Positions 8,478 through 17,619 of a stretch of 43,489 bases of DNA are shown piece by piece. The stretch's first letter is position 1, and each line of letters begins with the position of its first letter. The stretch spans positions 1 through 43,489 of the forward strand of contig JAPDJH010000016.1 of the NCBI GenBank assembly GCA_029259175.1. The letters are read 5' to 3'. The notes beneath the pieces were generated by a model, which made no database searches, had not been told where the DNA came from, and worked only from the letters and a program-made list of their open reading frames with translations. Made by a program: the position numbers and the translations under genes. Source of the DNA: Hadesarchaea archaeon. GTDB taxonomy: Archaea > Hadarchaeota > Hadarchaeia > Hadarchaeales > Hadarchaeaceae.

Positions 8478-8901
8478 GATTAGAATGCTGGCCGCCCGCT
8501 TTTGGCTACCTCCTCAGACCAAGAAACGAGGGAGGTGGTGAAACATGGCCACGTATATCGGGCTGGATGTGCACAAGCGAACCTGCCATGCCACGGTGCT
8601 CTAGGACGGCGAGATGTTTTCAGAACGCTTTGCGAACACCCCAGAGGAGCTGAAGCGCTTTCTGTCGAAGTACCAGCGGGCCCGAATCGCGATGGAGGCA
8701 ACCTACTGCTGGCAGCCCGTCTACGACCTCGCAGAATCGCTCGGGCACGAGGTTCACCTAGCCCACCCGAAAGAGACCAGACTCATCGCCAAGCGACGCA
8801 TCAAAATCGATGCGCGCGACTTGGAGGCTCCGGCCCAGTTGCTAGAACTCGACTGGCTGCCCGAGGCCTACGTGCCACAAGCCCATCCGCGACCTGCGTG
8901 A
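8478..8901 (+). mobile_element. Truncated IS110 element: left end plus N-terminal DEDD transposase pseudogene
   Basis: ATG 8545 MATYIGLDVHKRTCHATVL*DGEMFSERF...IAMEAT...KIDARD...YVP; in-frame TAG at 8602; frame ends at 8901. Confidence 0.85.
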
Positions 8902-8953
8902 ACTCGTGTGTGGAGGGGGGCTAAAGACGGAGAATTGACACGTCATCATGTTA

Positions 8954-9400
8954 TCAAAGCGTTACTGTGAGAGAGCGACGCCAACTTTCCCGATTTTCTA
9001 TCTCTTCGACATCCGAAACGAAGTATTTCAGTGCGCTTCCCAAACCGACAGATATATTGTCTCCAGGGGCAAAATGAGCATCCGGCATATAAACATAAAA
9101 GGTCAACAAATCTCCTGGCGCATATACCACTGGGCGAGTGTAGTTCTCTGCACTTTGATTGTCCTTCCCTACTGAGATTAAAAAACCTGAGTGGACGCGC
9201 ACATATTCGCCCGACGCATTACCTATATACTTGATAACAATTTTGAGGACATTTTCATTAACGATTTCTACTTTTTCTAATGAAAAAAGATCTGGAAGCA
9301 ATACCGGGGGAGATGGTAAAGAAAAAAAGAAAAAAACAGTAAAAAGCACGATAAAGCATCCTCCAATGGCTAGCACATTACTTAATCTCAAGAACCACAC
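8954..9400 (-). CDS. Membrane-anchored hypothetical protein
   Basis: N-terminal hydrophobic helix then a beta-rich domain; overlaps the end of the protease gene. Confidence 0.65.
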   Translation of the reverse strand: MWFLRLSNVLAIGGCFIVLFTVFFFFSLPSPPVLLPDLFSLEKVEIVNENVLKIVIKYIGNASGEYVRVHSGFLISVGKDNQSAENYTRPVVYAPGDLLTFYVYMPDAHFAPGDNISVGLGSALKYFVSDVEEIENRESWRRSLTVTL

Positions 9401-12400
9401 CCTTTTCTATCGTGGTTTTTCCTTCAGTCTGGCTAACCGCGACTACTTGCAACGTTAACTCGTATATTATGGGTTCTATTTTGACTGGATGGATTGGATA
9501 AATAATCGTGATTTCCTCCTCTGTCTCGAATGGGGCTTTTGAAAAGTCTATTTCAGCGATGAGTTTATTATTTTCTACCTTCACATTCTTTAGTACTCTT
9601 TGTCCCAGCTGATGTCCGCTTCTGGAGACCGTAACTGATTCAGGGTTTTTAAGTTCCCAACCCGCAGGTATCTCATCAATTACCTTTAGTTTTCGGGTCT
9701 CGGTGCCTATCTCTTCTAAATTGGTAATCGTGATTCGTGAGATCAAAGCTCCTTTCCGATCCTTTTCTATTTTAGCGCTGGGACGAAATATTTTTTCTAC
9801 TCTTACTGCAGGTATGTGAGCTTGAACTTTGATCAGCACGGGTATGTGTATCGTCTCCCATTCGCTTTTTATTACAATTGTTCCCCGATACTCTCCCAAG
9901 GGGGCGGTCCGTGGAATGAATACAGACAGAGAGATTTCTGTGGTCTTTTCTGGGTTTAAAACTCCTCTTTCTTCGGTCACCCTAATGAATTGAGAGATTG
10001 AGTTCTTAACCTCGATTGAAAAGCTTACGGTATTTTCCCCGCAGTTTTTAAGTTGTAACGTCCAAGAAGCGCGATCTTCAGGACCTAATACCGTTTCAAA
10101 AAATGAGGGAGTCACATCCAAAAAAGCAGGTTTGGTAGAAATCCTAAATCGCATCATTTTGTAGAACCATGCTTCGCCAGTACGAGGATTGTATTGGAGA
10201 GGAATGATAAGTAACTCGAGAATTCGACTTCCATCCTGCAGTTTGAATATTCTCATTTTATATATATTTTCTGGATATGTTTCTCCTAACGGCTGTTCCA
10301 CTTCAATACTTTCAGCCGCTGAGAATGTCTGAGCGATAGGAGGATTGATAGAATAAGGTAATTTTTCCTTGCTGGATTCGAGAAAAATCACCTCAGGAGT
10401 ATAGTTGGGTTCTATTCGGATTCTCTTAGCTAGGTATGGGATAACCGGATATCCTTCGTTAAAGCTTAGACATCCTCTTGGGATGGTGATAACATCATAT
10501 CCGCCAACCTTTTCATGCGAGAATTCTGGAATTTCAATAAGCATGTCTAAATCTGAGCGAACTTCAAGCACCGAAGCAAATGGATCTGGATCACCAGCCA
10601 AGAACATAGGTCGGAACTTGGGGTCACCGTACAGCACATATTCATATATAGTTTTGGAATCCATTGCGGTCCACAACAATGGGCTGTACTTTTGTTTTGC
10701 TTCACAGAGCGCCTCCCCAATACTTCTTCCTTGCACGAGAAGTTTTACAAAACTTTTACCCAGCTCTTCTGCGTAACCGCTAAACCAATTTCCAGGATAC
10801 GAGCGCCTAGTAGGGCCCATAAATGCTGTTGCTCCTTTCTCAATGAACTTCGCAGAAATTGTTTTAGCAAAATTATCAACCTCTACTGTGTGTTTCTTTC
10901 CGGATATTTTCTCCTTAAATGTAAAACTTCCTTCTTCGATAAGAGCGGTGTGGCATCCTATTGATACGACTATTGGATTGGTAGTTCCTAAACCGATTAT
11001 GTCTAAATCGGTATTATCGTACAATATCCATTCTTCATCAAAGTGAGTAGCGAACGCGTGAGGGTTGCCGTGTCCGTAATGAACTATTAATCCCTTATCT
11101 TTTGCCATTGTGGGAAACACATCCCATTCATAAGTATTATAGGGAAGTTGAGCAACGAAAAATTCATTCTTTTGCAGATACTTAATAGTAGACGACCACA
11201 CGTCTTCACATCTTTCGTCACCACACGAAACAAGCGCGGTTCTTGTTATCTTAGGTTCAATACTGCGTTTGAGCAAGTTTATCATGGTTTCTATATTTCT
11301 TCCAAAAACTCGCCCCACTGCGAGTTCTGGCCACCAATCGCCATCTATCTCAGCATAAAAGTAATCTGTTGAAATGTTATCTTCTTCGATGGTTGTATCA
11401 CTTGCAATATAAAATGGAACTACCTGCGGAGGCCCCAGAATCATGAGGTATTTCACATTGGGATTTTTTCCAGTGAAGTTCTGTATGAAGAGATCAATCA
11501 TTGTTGGATTAGCCGGATCCTCTACCTCTGGTTCTTCGTCTAGCAGGATTACTTTGGCTTCGGGATGAACTTGCCTAGTTGTCCGGAGTAGTTCGTTTAC
11601 TTTCTCTTCTGGGTTTGATTCTCCAGTGGTTTTAGCAAACTCGATGAGCTTCTGCTTATTAGTGATTACAATCATATCATGCCACACATGAGTGGCAGCT
11701 TCCGGATTACCCAAATCCGCCTGCTGCTGTTTTTTCGCAGAATTCTCTCGGTTACCAGCCACATCACTAGCGATGGAATAGAACTGGTAGTACCCGTATT
11801 CTGGGGCTTCGAAAGCCAAGTATTCTCCGCCATTTAAAATCACCGTGCTAGGCCCTCCTGCAACTTTAATATTATCAAATAATTCCCAATCACTCCAGTT
11901 GACCAAATCCTGCGAATAACGGCAGTACAGTTCTACTGTGACAATCCCGCTCCTTGGAAATCCACCAGCAGAATCACAGACATCCACCTCTACTCCCAGT
12001 ATTGCGGGCAACTGATCGGGGTTCACACTAGTTTGCGAGACTGTAGAAGTAAGCGAAACGGGAGGTATTGTGTCAACCCCGCAGCTTGTATCAGGGTTGG
12101 CTGGTGGCGGCTCTCTTCCCCCCACTTCGTCCACGGCTATTGAATAGAACTCGTAGAAACCGTCGCCATCTGGCGCTGTGAACTCCCACTTCCACGGGGC
12201 AGTATCATCGATTCCGAAAAGCTTCCACTCTCCCCATGCAGTGTTATCAGGGGAATAACGGTACCAGAGTTCGACGCTCTCAGCCGGACCCTCCGAGCAC
12301 GCAGTGATTTCAAATGGTATTTCGCTTCTCCAGTACGGGCTGATGCGCTCCACGAAGGAGGTTGCTACGGGCCGAACGATTTTTAGATTATACGACACCG

Positions 12401-13181
12401 TGCGGATCCACTTGAACTTTCCTTCCTCTCCCTCGCCAGTGGCTCTAATGTGTATCCAGAAGGATCCGGTAGGAGCGTCGTGACTCACACGTATTTTTGC
12501 TACTGAGGTGAAGGGTGGGACACCGTGAGAGGGTGAGAAGGCTACTGTTACACCGGCAGGCAGATGTCCTGTGCTCAGAGAGACCTCATAAGCGTACTCC
12601 TCTTTGGGGACCACACTAACATACAGCGTCTTTGATCCGCCTTGTCCCACCACTCCGCTGGTTGGGCTTATGGAGATGGTAAAATCGGGCACGCTTTCAC
12701 TAACCGTGACATGTATTTCACCTTCGATTTCCTCGGATCTCCAGTAACCACGCGGATCGCATGTGCCCCAGAGTTCGCCAGTCACATGGGACACATACAA
12801 GCCATTGGGAAGCTGGATAGGCAAGCTAGTCCAGCTCGGAGATATGGTGCCGCTTATAACGCCCGCATCCATCCAAACCTGGGCTTCACCGATTGTTCTT
12901 CCCACCCACATCCCCATTACTTCATCTAGCTGTATGGGACAGCTGATCCAACCTGGAGCGCCGTTTTCCTCAACTCCCGTGGCAATCAAATCTTCACTTT
13001 CAAACCAGAGCCAGATACAGCCCACATAGTCTTCCCATCCGCTAACGGAACCATACGTCAATAATGCCGAAAGTGTGAGTTCAGCTGAGGATGTGGATTG
13101 GCTTGCAATAAAAGGGATTTGAACAGGACCAGTCAGCAATAAGAACACTAATGTGGAGGCTATGAGCTTATTCTTATTCAT
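9378..13181 (-). CDS. Large secreted C25 (gingipain-like) cysteine peptidase with Ig-like repeats
   Basis: Signal peptide; TDYFYAEIDGDWWPELAVGR, HYGHG (His), SIGCHT (Cys), YVLYGDP; two VELxxRYS...YxFYSIAxDxxGxRE Ig-like repeats. Confidence 0.88.
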   Translation of the reverse strand: MNKNKLIASTLVFLLLTGPVQIPFIASQSTSSAELTLSALLTYGSVSGWEDYVGCIWLWFESEDLIATGVEENGAPGWISCPIQLDEVMGMWVGRTIGEAQVWMDAGVISGTISPSWTSLPIQLPNGLYVSHVTGELWGTCDPRGYWRSEEIEGEIHVTVSESVPDFTISISPTSGVVGQGGSKTLYVSVVPKEEYAYEVSLSTGHLPAGVTVAFSPSHGVPPFTSVAKIRVSHDAPTGSFWIHIRATGEGEEGKFKWIRTVSYNLKIVRPVATSFVERISPYWRSEIPFEITACSEGPAESVELWYRYSPDNTAWGEWKLFGIDDTAPWKWEFTAPDGDGFYEFYSIAVDEVGGREPPPANPDTSCGVDTIPPVSLTSTVSQTSVNPDQLPAILGVEVDVCDSAGGFPRSGIVTVELYCRYSQDLVNWSDWELFDNIKVAGGPSTVILNGGEYLAFEAPEYGYYQFYSIASDVAGNRENSAKKQQQADLGNPEAATHVWHDMIVITNKQKLIEFAKTTGESNPEEKVNELLRTTRQVHPEAKVILLDEEPEVEDPANPTMIDLFIQNFTGKNPNVKYLMILGPPQVVPFYIASDTTIEEDNISTDYFYAEIDGDWWPELAVGRVFGRNIETMINLLKRSIEPKITRTALVSCGDERCEDVWSSTIKYLQKNEFFVAQLPYNTYEWDVFPTMAKDKGLIVHYGHGNPHAFATHFDEEWILYDNTDLDIIGLGTTNPIVVSIGCHTALIEEGSFTFKEKISGKKHTVEVDNFAKTISAKFIEKGATAFMGPTRRSYPGNWFSGYAEELGKSFVKLLVQGRSIGEALCEAKQKYSPLLWTAMDSKTIYEYVLYGDPKFRPMFLAGDPDPFASVLEVRSDLDMLIEIPEFSHEKVGGYDVITIPRGCLSFNEGYPVIPYLAKRIRIEPNYTPEVIFLESSKEKLPYSINPPIAQTFSAAESIEVEQPLGETYPENIYKMRIFKLQDGSRILELLIIPLQYNPRTGEAWFYKMMRFRISTKPAFLDVTPSFFETVLGPEDRASWTLQLKNCGENTVSFSIEVKNSISQFIRVTEERGVLNPEKTTEISLSVFIPRTAPLGEYRGTIVIKSEWETIHIPVLIKVQAHIPAVRVEKIFRPSAKIEKDRKGALISRITITNLEEIGTETRKLKVIDEIPAGWELKNPESVTVSRSGHQLGQRVLKNVKVENNKLIAEIDFSKAPFETEEEITIIYPIHPVKIEPIIYELTLQVVAVSQTEGKTTIEKGVVLEIK

Positions 13182-13268
13182 TTCTTCTCCCTTTTCCCTT
13201 CCATCATCGCTAATCTCTTATATAAGGACGTGCAAAATTCGTTTGAGTTCCGCTTTTAACGTTTAATC

Positions 13269-13431
13269 GTGCATGAAGCGGCCGAACTCGTGAGACTGAC
13301 CGTCAACCGAACCGTCGTTCAGGAGCGGAGGGAAGGGGCAGGCGGGGTTACGGCGGTCTGCTCGCGGTGAGGCTTCTGGTGTTCGCGCAACTCGCAGGCA
13401 TCCAGAAGGACGAGGTGCTCGAAAGGTACCC
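13269..13431 (+). pseudogene. Frameshifted transposase N-terminal fragment (possibly IS5/IS4-like)
   Basis: GRGRRGYGGLLAVRLLVFAQLAGIQKDEVLERY resembles a DDE transposase N-terminus; cut off by the IS110 end copy. Confidence 0.4.
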
Positions 13432-13479
13432 GATTGGAATGCTGGCCGCCCGTTTTTGGCTACCTCCTTAGACCAGGAA
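13432..13479 (+). repeat. Second copy of the IS110 left end (direct repeat of 8478-8525)
   Basis: 44 of 48 positions identical to 8478-8525 by manual alignment. Confidence 0.9.
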
Positions 13480-13590
13480 GTGAAAAAGCCCGTCCGATCT
13501 GCTCTTCCTCCTTTCTTCCGAGCCTTCGAAGAGATCTGAGGGCATGAGGCTTATGCTCAACTCCGTGCAGAAGCGAGGGTTTAGAAGCTA

Positions 13591-13667
13591 TGGTGCGGCA
13601 GGCGGGATTCGAACCCGCGCCACGGGCCCGGGGAGCCCGGGTCCTAACCAGGCTAGACCACTGCCGC
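13591..13667 (-). tRNA. tRNA-Gly(CCC), CCA encoded
   Basis: Cloverleaf: GCGGCAG acceptor, CGGGC/GCCCG anticodon stem, loop TCCCCGG, GGTTCGAATCC T arm, A73, CCA. Confidence 0.9.
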
Positions 13668-13693
13668 CCGATATCCATTTTCAGAAGCTCGGT

Positions 13694-14467
13694 CTAAAGC
13701 CTTTCGTGAGCAACCTCTACGAGTTCGGTCTTTGTGAAAAGGCCAACGAGACGATTCTGTGAGTCTAGCACCGGCAGACCAGAGAGCCTGGAGAGCAGCA
13801 TGAGTTCGGCAGCCTTTGAGACTTCGCTATCACTCCTGATTGTTGAGACTTCCCGATTCATTATGTGTCCAGTCGCTAATTCTCCGTAGGCTGCTTCTGA
13901 GATTTTCGGCGGGAGGAGCAGAGCGATTTCTCGTGCTCCCACGGTCCCCACGACTTGATCCTGATCCACCACCGGAACCACCACCAAGTTTTCTTCGTCC
14001 AACAGCTTCCATACTCGTTTGATTTTTGTGTTTGGTGCGACGAACGGCGGGCCTGCTTCCATCACTTCCCCTACATACACATCCGCGTACTCGCGGCAGA
14101 CCTTGGCGTAGTCGAGTTTGGTAATGATGCCCTTTAGTGCGAACTCCTCAGCCACGGGAAGTCCGCTGATGTTACGCTCCAACATTATCTCGGCGGCACG
14201 CTTGGCAGTTACTTCGGGATCAACGGTCAGCGGATTTCTCGTCATGATGTCCGATATCTGCTGGTCAAGCACGGGGGAGATCTTGCCTCCACTTCTGACA
14301 AATGCCCGTGCAATGTCTTTTTCGGTGATAATCCCAATTATTCGTTCTTCAGAGGCTACCACCAACCTCGATACTCTGTGGATCCGTAGAAGTTCGGTAG
14401 CCTTAGCTAATGTTTCGTCGGGAGCGATAGTGAGAACCGGAGCACTCATCAGCTGGCGTACTTTCAT
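13694..14467 (-). CDS. CBS-domain protein (four CBS repeats)
   Basis: Repeated ISGLPV...GIITxxD motifs. Confidence 0.92.
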   Translation of the reverse strand: MKVRQLMSAPVLTIAPDETLAKATELLRIHRVSRLVVASEERIIGIITEKDIARAFVRSGGKISPVLDQQISDIMTRNPLTVDPEVTAKRAAEIMLERNISGLPVAEEFALKGIITKLDYAKVCREYADVYVGEVMEAGPPFVAPNTKIKRVWKLLDEENLVVVPVVDQDQVVGTVGAREIALLLPPKISEAAYGELATGHIMNREVSTIRSDSEVSKAAELMLLSRLSGLPVLDSQNRLVGLFTKTELVEVAHERL

Positions 14468-14470
14468 GCA

Positions 14471-15322
14471 CTAACCCAGCCGGCTTATCCCCTTGATCAA
14501 ATCAGTTTTTGTGATTATGCCGATGAGATTTCCCCGCTCGAGAACCGGGAGTCCACTAATTCCATGTTTTATCATCAGATCTGCGGCGTCGGCAACATCG
14601 TCGTACATATCAACTGTTAGTGGTCGGGGAGTCATGATATCCTCTGCAGTTAACAATCCGATGTGTTTCACGTATCTTGCAACTCTTCGACCGCCGCGCT
14701 CGGTTTTTCTGGCGTACCGTAGGACACGTACGGGCGGTCGCCAAGGAAGTTCCAACTGAGCAAAACCAAGGTCGCTCTCTGTGATTATCCCAACGGGCTT
14801 TCTACCATCGGTCACTATGACTCTCGAGATTCGATGCCTCTTCAGCAAATCTACAACTCGCGCGATGGAATGGGCCGGAGAGACACAAATTGGATTGGGG
14901 GTCATCAGAGCCGCAACTTTGAATCTTTCACGCAGGTGATCAGCAAAATACCGAACCAAATCCGTCTTCGTCACAATGCCCAGCGGTTTTCCGTTGTCAG
15001 ATACCACGACGCTGCTTATCCCTCGGCGAAGCATTATTGCGGCGATTTTGTTCAGTCCAGTTGCCGGTGCCACGGATATCACTTCTGGCCGCATTACTTG
15101 GGAGATCGGAATCTCGTCGATGGGTTTCCTTTTCCACAGGGGACCACTTACTGCCAAGTTTTCAGCGATGTCTCGCATGGAGAGAAAACCCACAGGTCTT
15201 CCCCGTTCCATGACCAAGAGCCGGTTTACCCGGTAGCGCAACATCATGCGTTTTGCGTGAGCGATAGGCTCGACTGGTCTCACAGCCACTATGGGGGAGC
15301 TCATCACGAGTTCTGCCTTCAT
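14471..15322 (-). CDS. CBS-domain protein (four CBS repeats)
   Basis: Start MKAELVMSS with ATGA overlap; repeated GIVTKTD/GIITESD/GIITKTD. Confidence 0.92.
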   Translation of the reverse strand: MKAELVMSSPIVAVRPVEPIAHAKRMMLRYRVNRLLVMERGRPVGFLSMRDIAENLAVSGPLWKRKPIDEIPISQVMRPEVISVAPATGLNKIAAIMLRRGISSVVVSDNGKPLGIVTKTDLVRYFADHLRERFKVAALMTPNPICVSPAHSIARVVDLLKRHRISRVIVTDGRKPVGIITESDLGFAQLELPWRPPVRVLRYARKTERGGRRVARYVKHIGLLTAEDIMTPRPLTVDMYDDVADAADLMIKHGISGLPVLERGNLIGIITKTDLIKGISRLG

Positions 15323-16233
15323 ATGAGCACCCTCAACATATCGTGCTCCGTGATAATTCCGACGAGCTCGGATTTCTCGACTACGGGCAAACCTCCACAC
15401 TCCTTTTCTCGCATGAGCCCCGCAGCTTCCCCGACATCCGTGTCTGGAGCCACAGTAAGAACTTTCTCAGTCATTATTTCTTCCACTGGAATGGAAAGCA
15501 CTTCGTCCATTCGATTCGTCCGCATGTAGTGAAAGACTTTACTAGTGCCAAAAAACCGAATGAGATCTACAGTGGTCAGAATTCCCACCAGCCGGGCACC
15601 TTCCACAATCGGGAGACGACGCACCCCCCACGATATCATTCGTCGAGCGGCTTCCCGTATGGACAGTTTCGGCCCGGCGGTGATAACGCGCCGCGTCATA
15701 TAGTAACTCACAGGAGTGTTGGTAGTGAGGGGCACGTAAGCGATGAAGTCACGCTCAGAGATTATACCCACAATGTTCCCCTCCCGGTCCACGATCGGGA
15801 CTCCTCCGACCCCGGTGCTCAGCAAAAATTTTGCTGCTTCGGCTATAGACATGTACACGCCACCAGCAGGGAATCGGCGGAGCATTATAGTACGAACTGG
15901 TTCATTGATGGCCGCATAGAAATTCCCGCCGAATTTGTGAAGCACGATGTCGTGTCGTGGTCCCCCTCCCAGAAAATCGACAATTTCTCTTGTGCGTACC
16001 ATGCCCTCTAGTCTTCGACTTCCTGGATGAATTACAGGGATACGCCGAATGTGGTTTTTTATCATAGAATTCATGGCGTTTTTCACGGATTGTGTGGGAG
16101 TAATGGTGATGATTCGCTTTCTAGCGATGTTCATTACCTCTCCTTCTTCTCGGTGGAGCCTCGATTTGAATTCGAGAGGGCCCCGGTCGTAGGATTTGTA
16201 ATGCGGGATTCTTCTCACGGATTTCACCTGCAC
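15319..16233 (-). CDS. CBS-domain protein (four CBS repeats)
   Basis: RRIPV, GIISERD, RRLPIV, GIITEHD; DFLGGG insert. Confidence 0.92.
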   Translation of the reverse strand: MQVKSVRRIPHYKSYDRGPLEFKSRLHREEGEVMNIARKRIITITPTQSVKNAMNSMIKNHIRRIPVIHPGSRRLEGMVRTREIVDFLGGGPRHDIVLHKFGGNFYAAINEPVRTIMLRRFPAGGVYMSIAEAAKFLLSTGVGGVPIVDREGNIVGIISERDFIAYVPLTTNTPVSYYMTRRVITAGPKLSIREAARRMISWGVRRLPIVEGARLVGILTTVDLIRFFGTSKVFHYMRTNRMDEVLSIPVEEIMTEKVLTVAPDTDVGEAAGLMREKECGGLPVVEKSELVGIITEHDMLRVLI

Positions 16234-17030
16234 ATGGCCTTTACGATGTCAGACCTGCTGATGATTCCCACGAGTGCCCCACTATCGACGACGGGCAGTC
16301 TCTTAACTTTTTTTGTGAGCACGAGTTCGATTGCACGCGAAAGCAACGCTTGGGGTTGGATAGTTATGACAGGCGTTCGCATGATGGATTTTACCTTGGC
16401 GGGTGCCCTGCCCTTCTTCGATTCCTCTGCTGTACGCACTCCTCCGTATCGTATGATGTCTGTCCGTGTTATCACACCTACGACGCTGAGTTTTCCTTTG
16501 GATTCCTCTACTACCGGCAGACCAGACAGCTTTTCCCGTTCCATCAAATCCCACACATGGGTGAGTTCGTCGTTTGGATTACAAAAGACGACGTCAGAAA
16601 CCATCACATCTCTGACTTTCACGGTATTGGGGATGGAATCCCAAGCGTGCCGGAGCAGGTCGTCCATTCGAAGCACTCCCACAGCGGTTCGATCAGTGGG
16701 GCTCTGCACTATTGGGATTTCATCGAGACCTTCATTTACCATGAATAGAGCGGCTTTTGTGAGTTCGGTGCTCGGCGTGATTAAGGATTTCACGGGCTCC
16801 ATCACGCCAGCCACCGGAATGTTGGATCGTGTGGATGTCACTCTCAAGATACCGCGTTGTGTGACTATTCCCTCTAACCGCCCCCCTTCTACAACGGGTA
16901 GGACCTTTATCCGATGTTCACGCATCACGGCTCTAGCGTGCGTGGCTAGATCTCGGGGATTCACGAAGATTCTGAGTGGAGCCATCAGTCGGCTAACCGG
17001 GAGTCCCGCAAAGGGATTTGGTAATTTCAT
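16224..17030 (-). CDS. CBS-domain protein (four CBS repeats)
   Basis: VLPVV, SGLPVV, GVITRTD, GIISRSD. Confidence 0.92.
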   Translation of the reverse strand: MKLPNPFAGLPVSRLMAPLRIFVNPRDLATHARAVMREHRIKVLPVVEGGRLEGIVTQRGILRVTSTRSNIPVAGVMEPVKSLITPSTELTKAALFMVNEGLDEIPIVQSPTDRTAVGVLRMDDLLRHAWDSIPNTVKVRDVMVSDVVFCNPNDELTHVWDLMEREKLSGLPVVEESKGKLSVVGVITRTDIIRYGGVRTAEESKKGRAPAKVKSIMRTPVITIQPQALLSRAIELVLTKKVKRLPVVDSGALVGIISRSDIVKAMCR

Positions 17031-17038
17031 TCAATCAT

Positions 17039-17569
17039 CTACCTAGTCATACTGTCGCGGCAATCCTCGCAAACCCACATCCCGTTAACTTCATAGAGAT
17101 GAGTAGTAATCTCCCCACAGACCTCGCACACGCTCTCTTCTATTTCAACACGCCTCTCGGCTTCCACACTCGTTTCTAGCAATTCTGGAGATACGCGCAT
17201 GATGTCCATGGTGGTTATGATTCCTACGAGTTTTCCCTTTTCGACGACGGGAAGCCTTCTGATGTTGCTTCGCGCCATGATGCGAGCGGCATCTGCGATG
17301 TCGGTGTCGGGAGTGATGGTCAGAACTGGGGAGGACATAATTTTTTTGACCGGAACACGGCTGGGTCTTACATCCGCACTTATTACTTTCAAGAGGAGAT
17401 CGCGTTCGGTCAGGATCCCGACTGGTTTTTTGCTTTTTACCACTACGATGCTTCCAACACTGTTTTTTGCCATGAGCTTTGCTGCCTTTGCAACGCTCGC
17501 ATCAGGGGTTGTGGTTAGGACTTTGGTCGTCATCACTTCCCGGACTGGAACGCTCGGCATAATTTCCAA
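17039..17569 (-). CDS. CBS-pair protein with C-terminal zinc ribbon
   Basis: Two CBS repeats plus CEVCG...CEDC. Confidence 0.92.
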   Translation of the reverse strand: MEIMPSVPVREVMTTKVLTTTPDASVAKAAKLMAKNSVGSIVVVKSKKPVGILTERDLLLKVISADVRPSRVPVKKIMSSPVLTITPDTDIADAARIMARSNIRRLPVVEKGKLVGIITTMDIMRVSPELLETSVEAERRVEIEESVCEVCGEITTHLYEVNGMWVCEDCRDSMTR

Positions 17570-17619
17570 GTTGAACTATAGTGGTGCTATTTAATATCTT
17601 CTGTGGTGAGTTTTGAGCG

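Noticed and set aside
8602-8604. In-frame TAG as pyrrolysine recoding
   Set aside because: The gene is also truncated and no pyl genes are present; simple decay is more likely.
14834-17046. Long plus-strand ORFs opposite the CBS genes
   Set aside because: Antisense shadows with no motifs.
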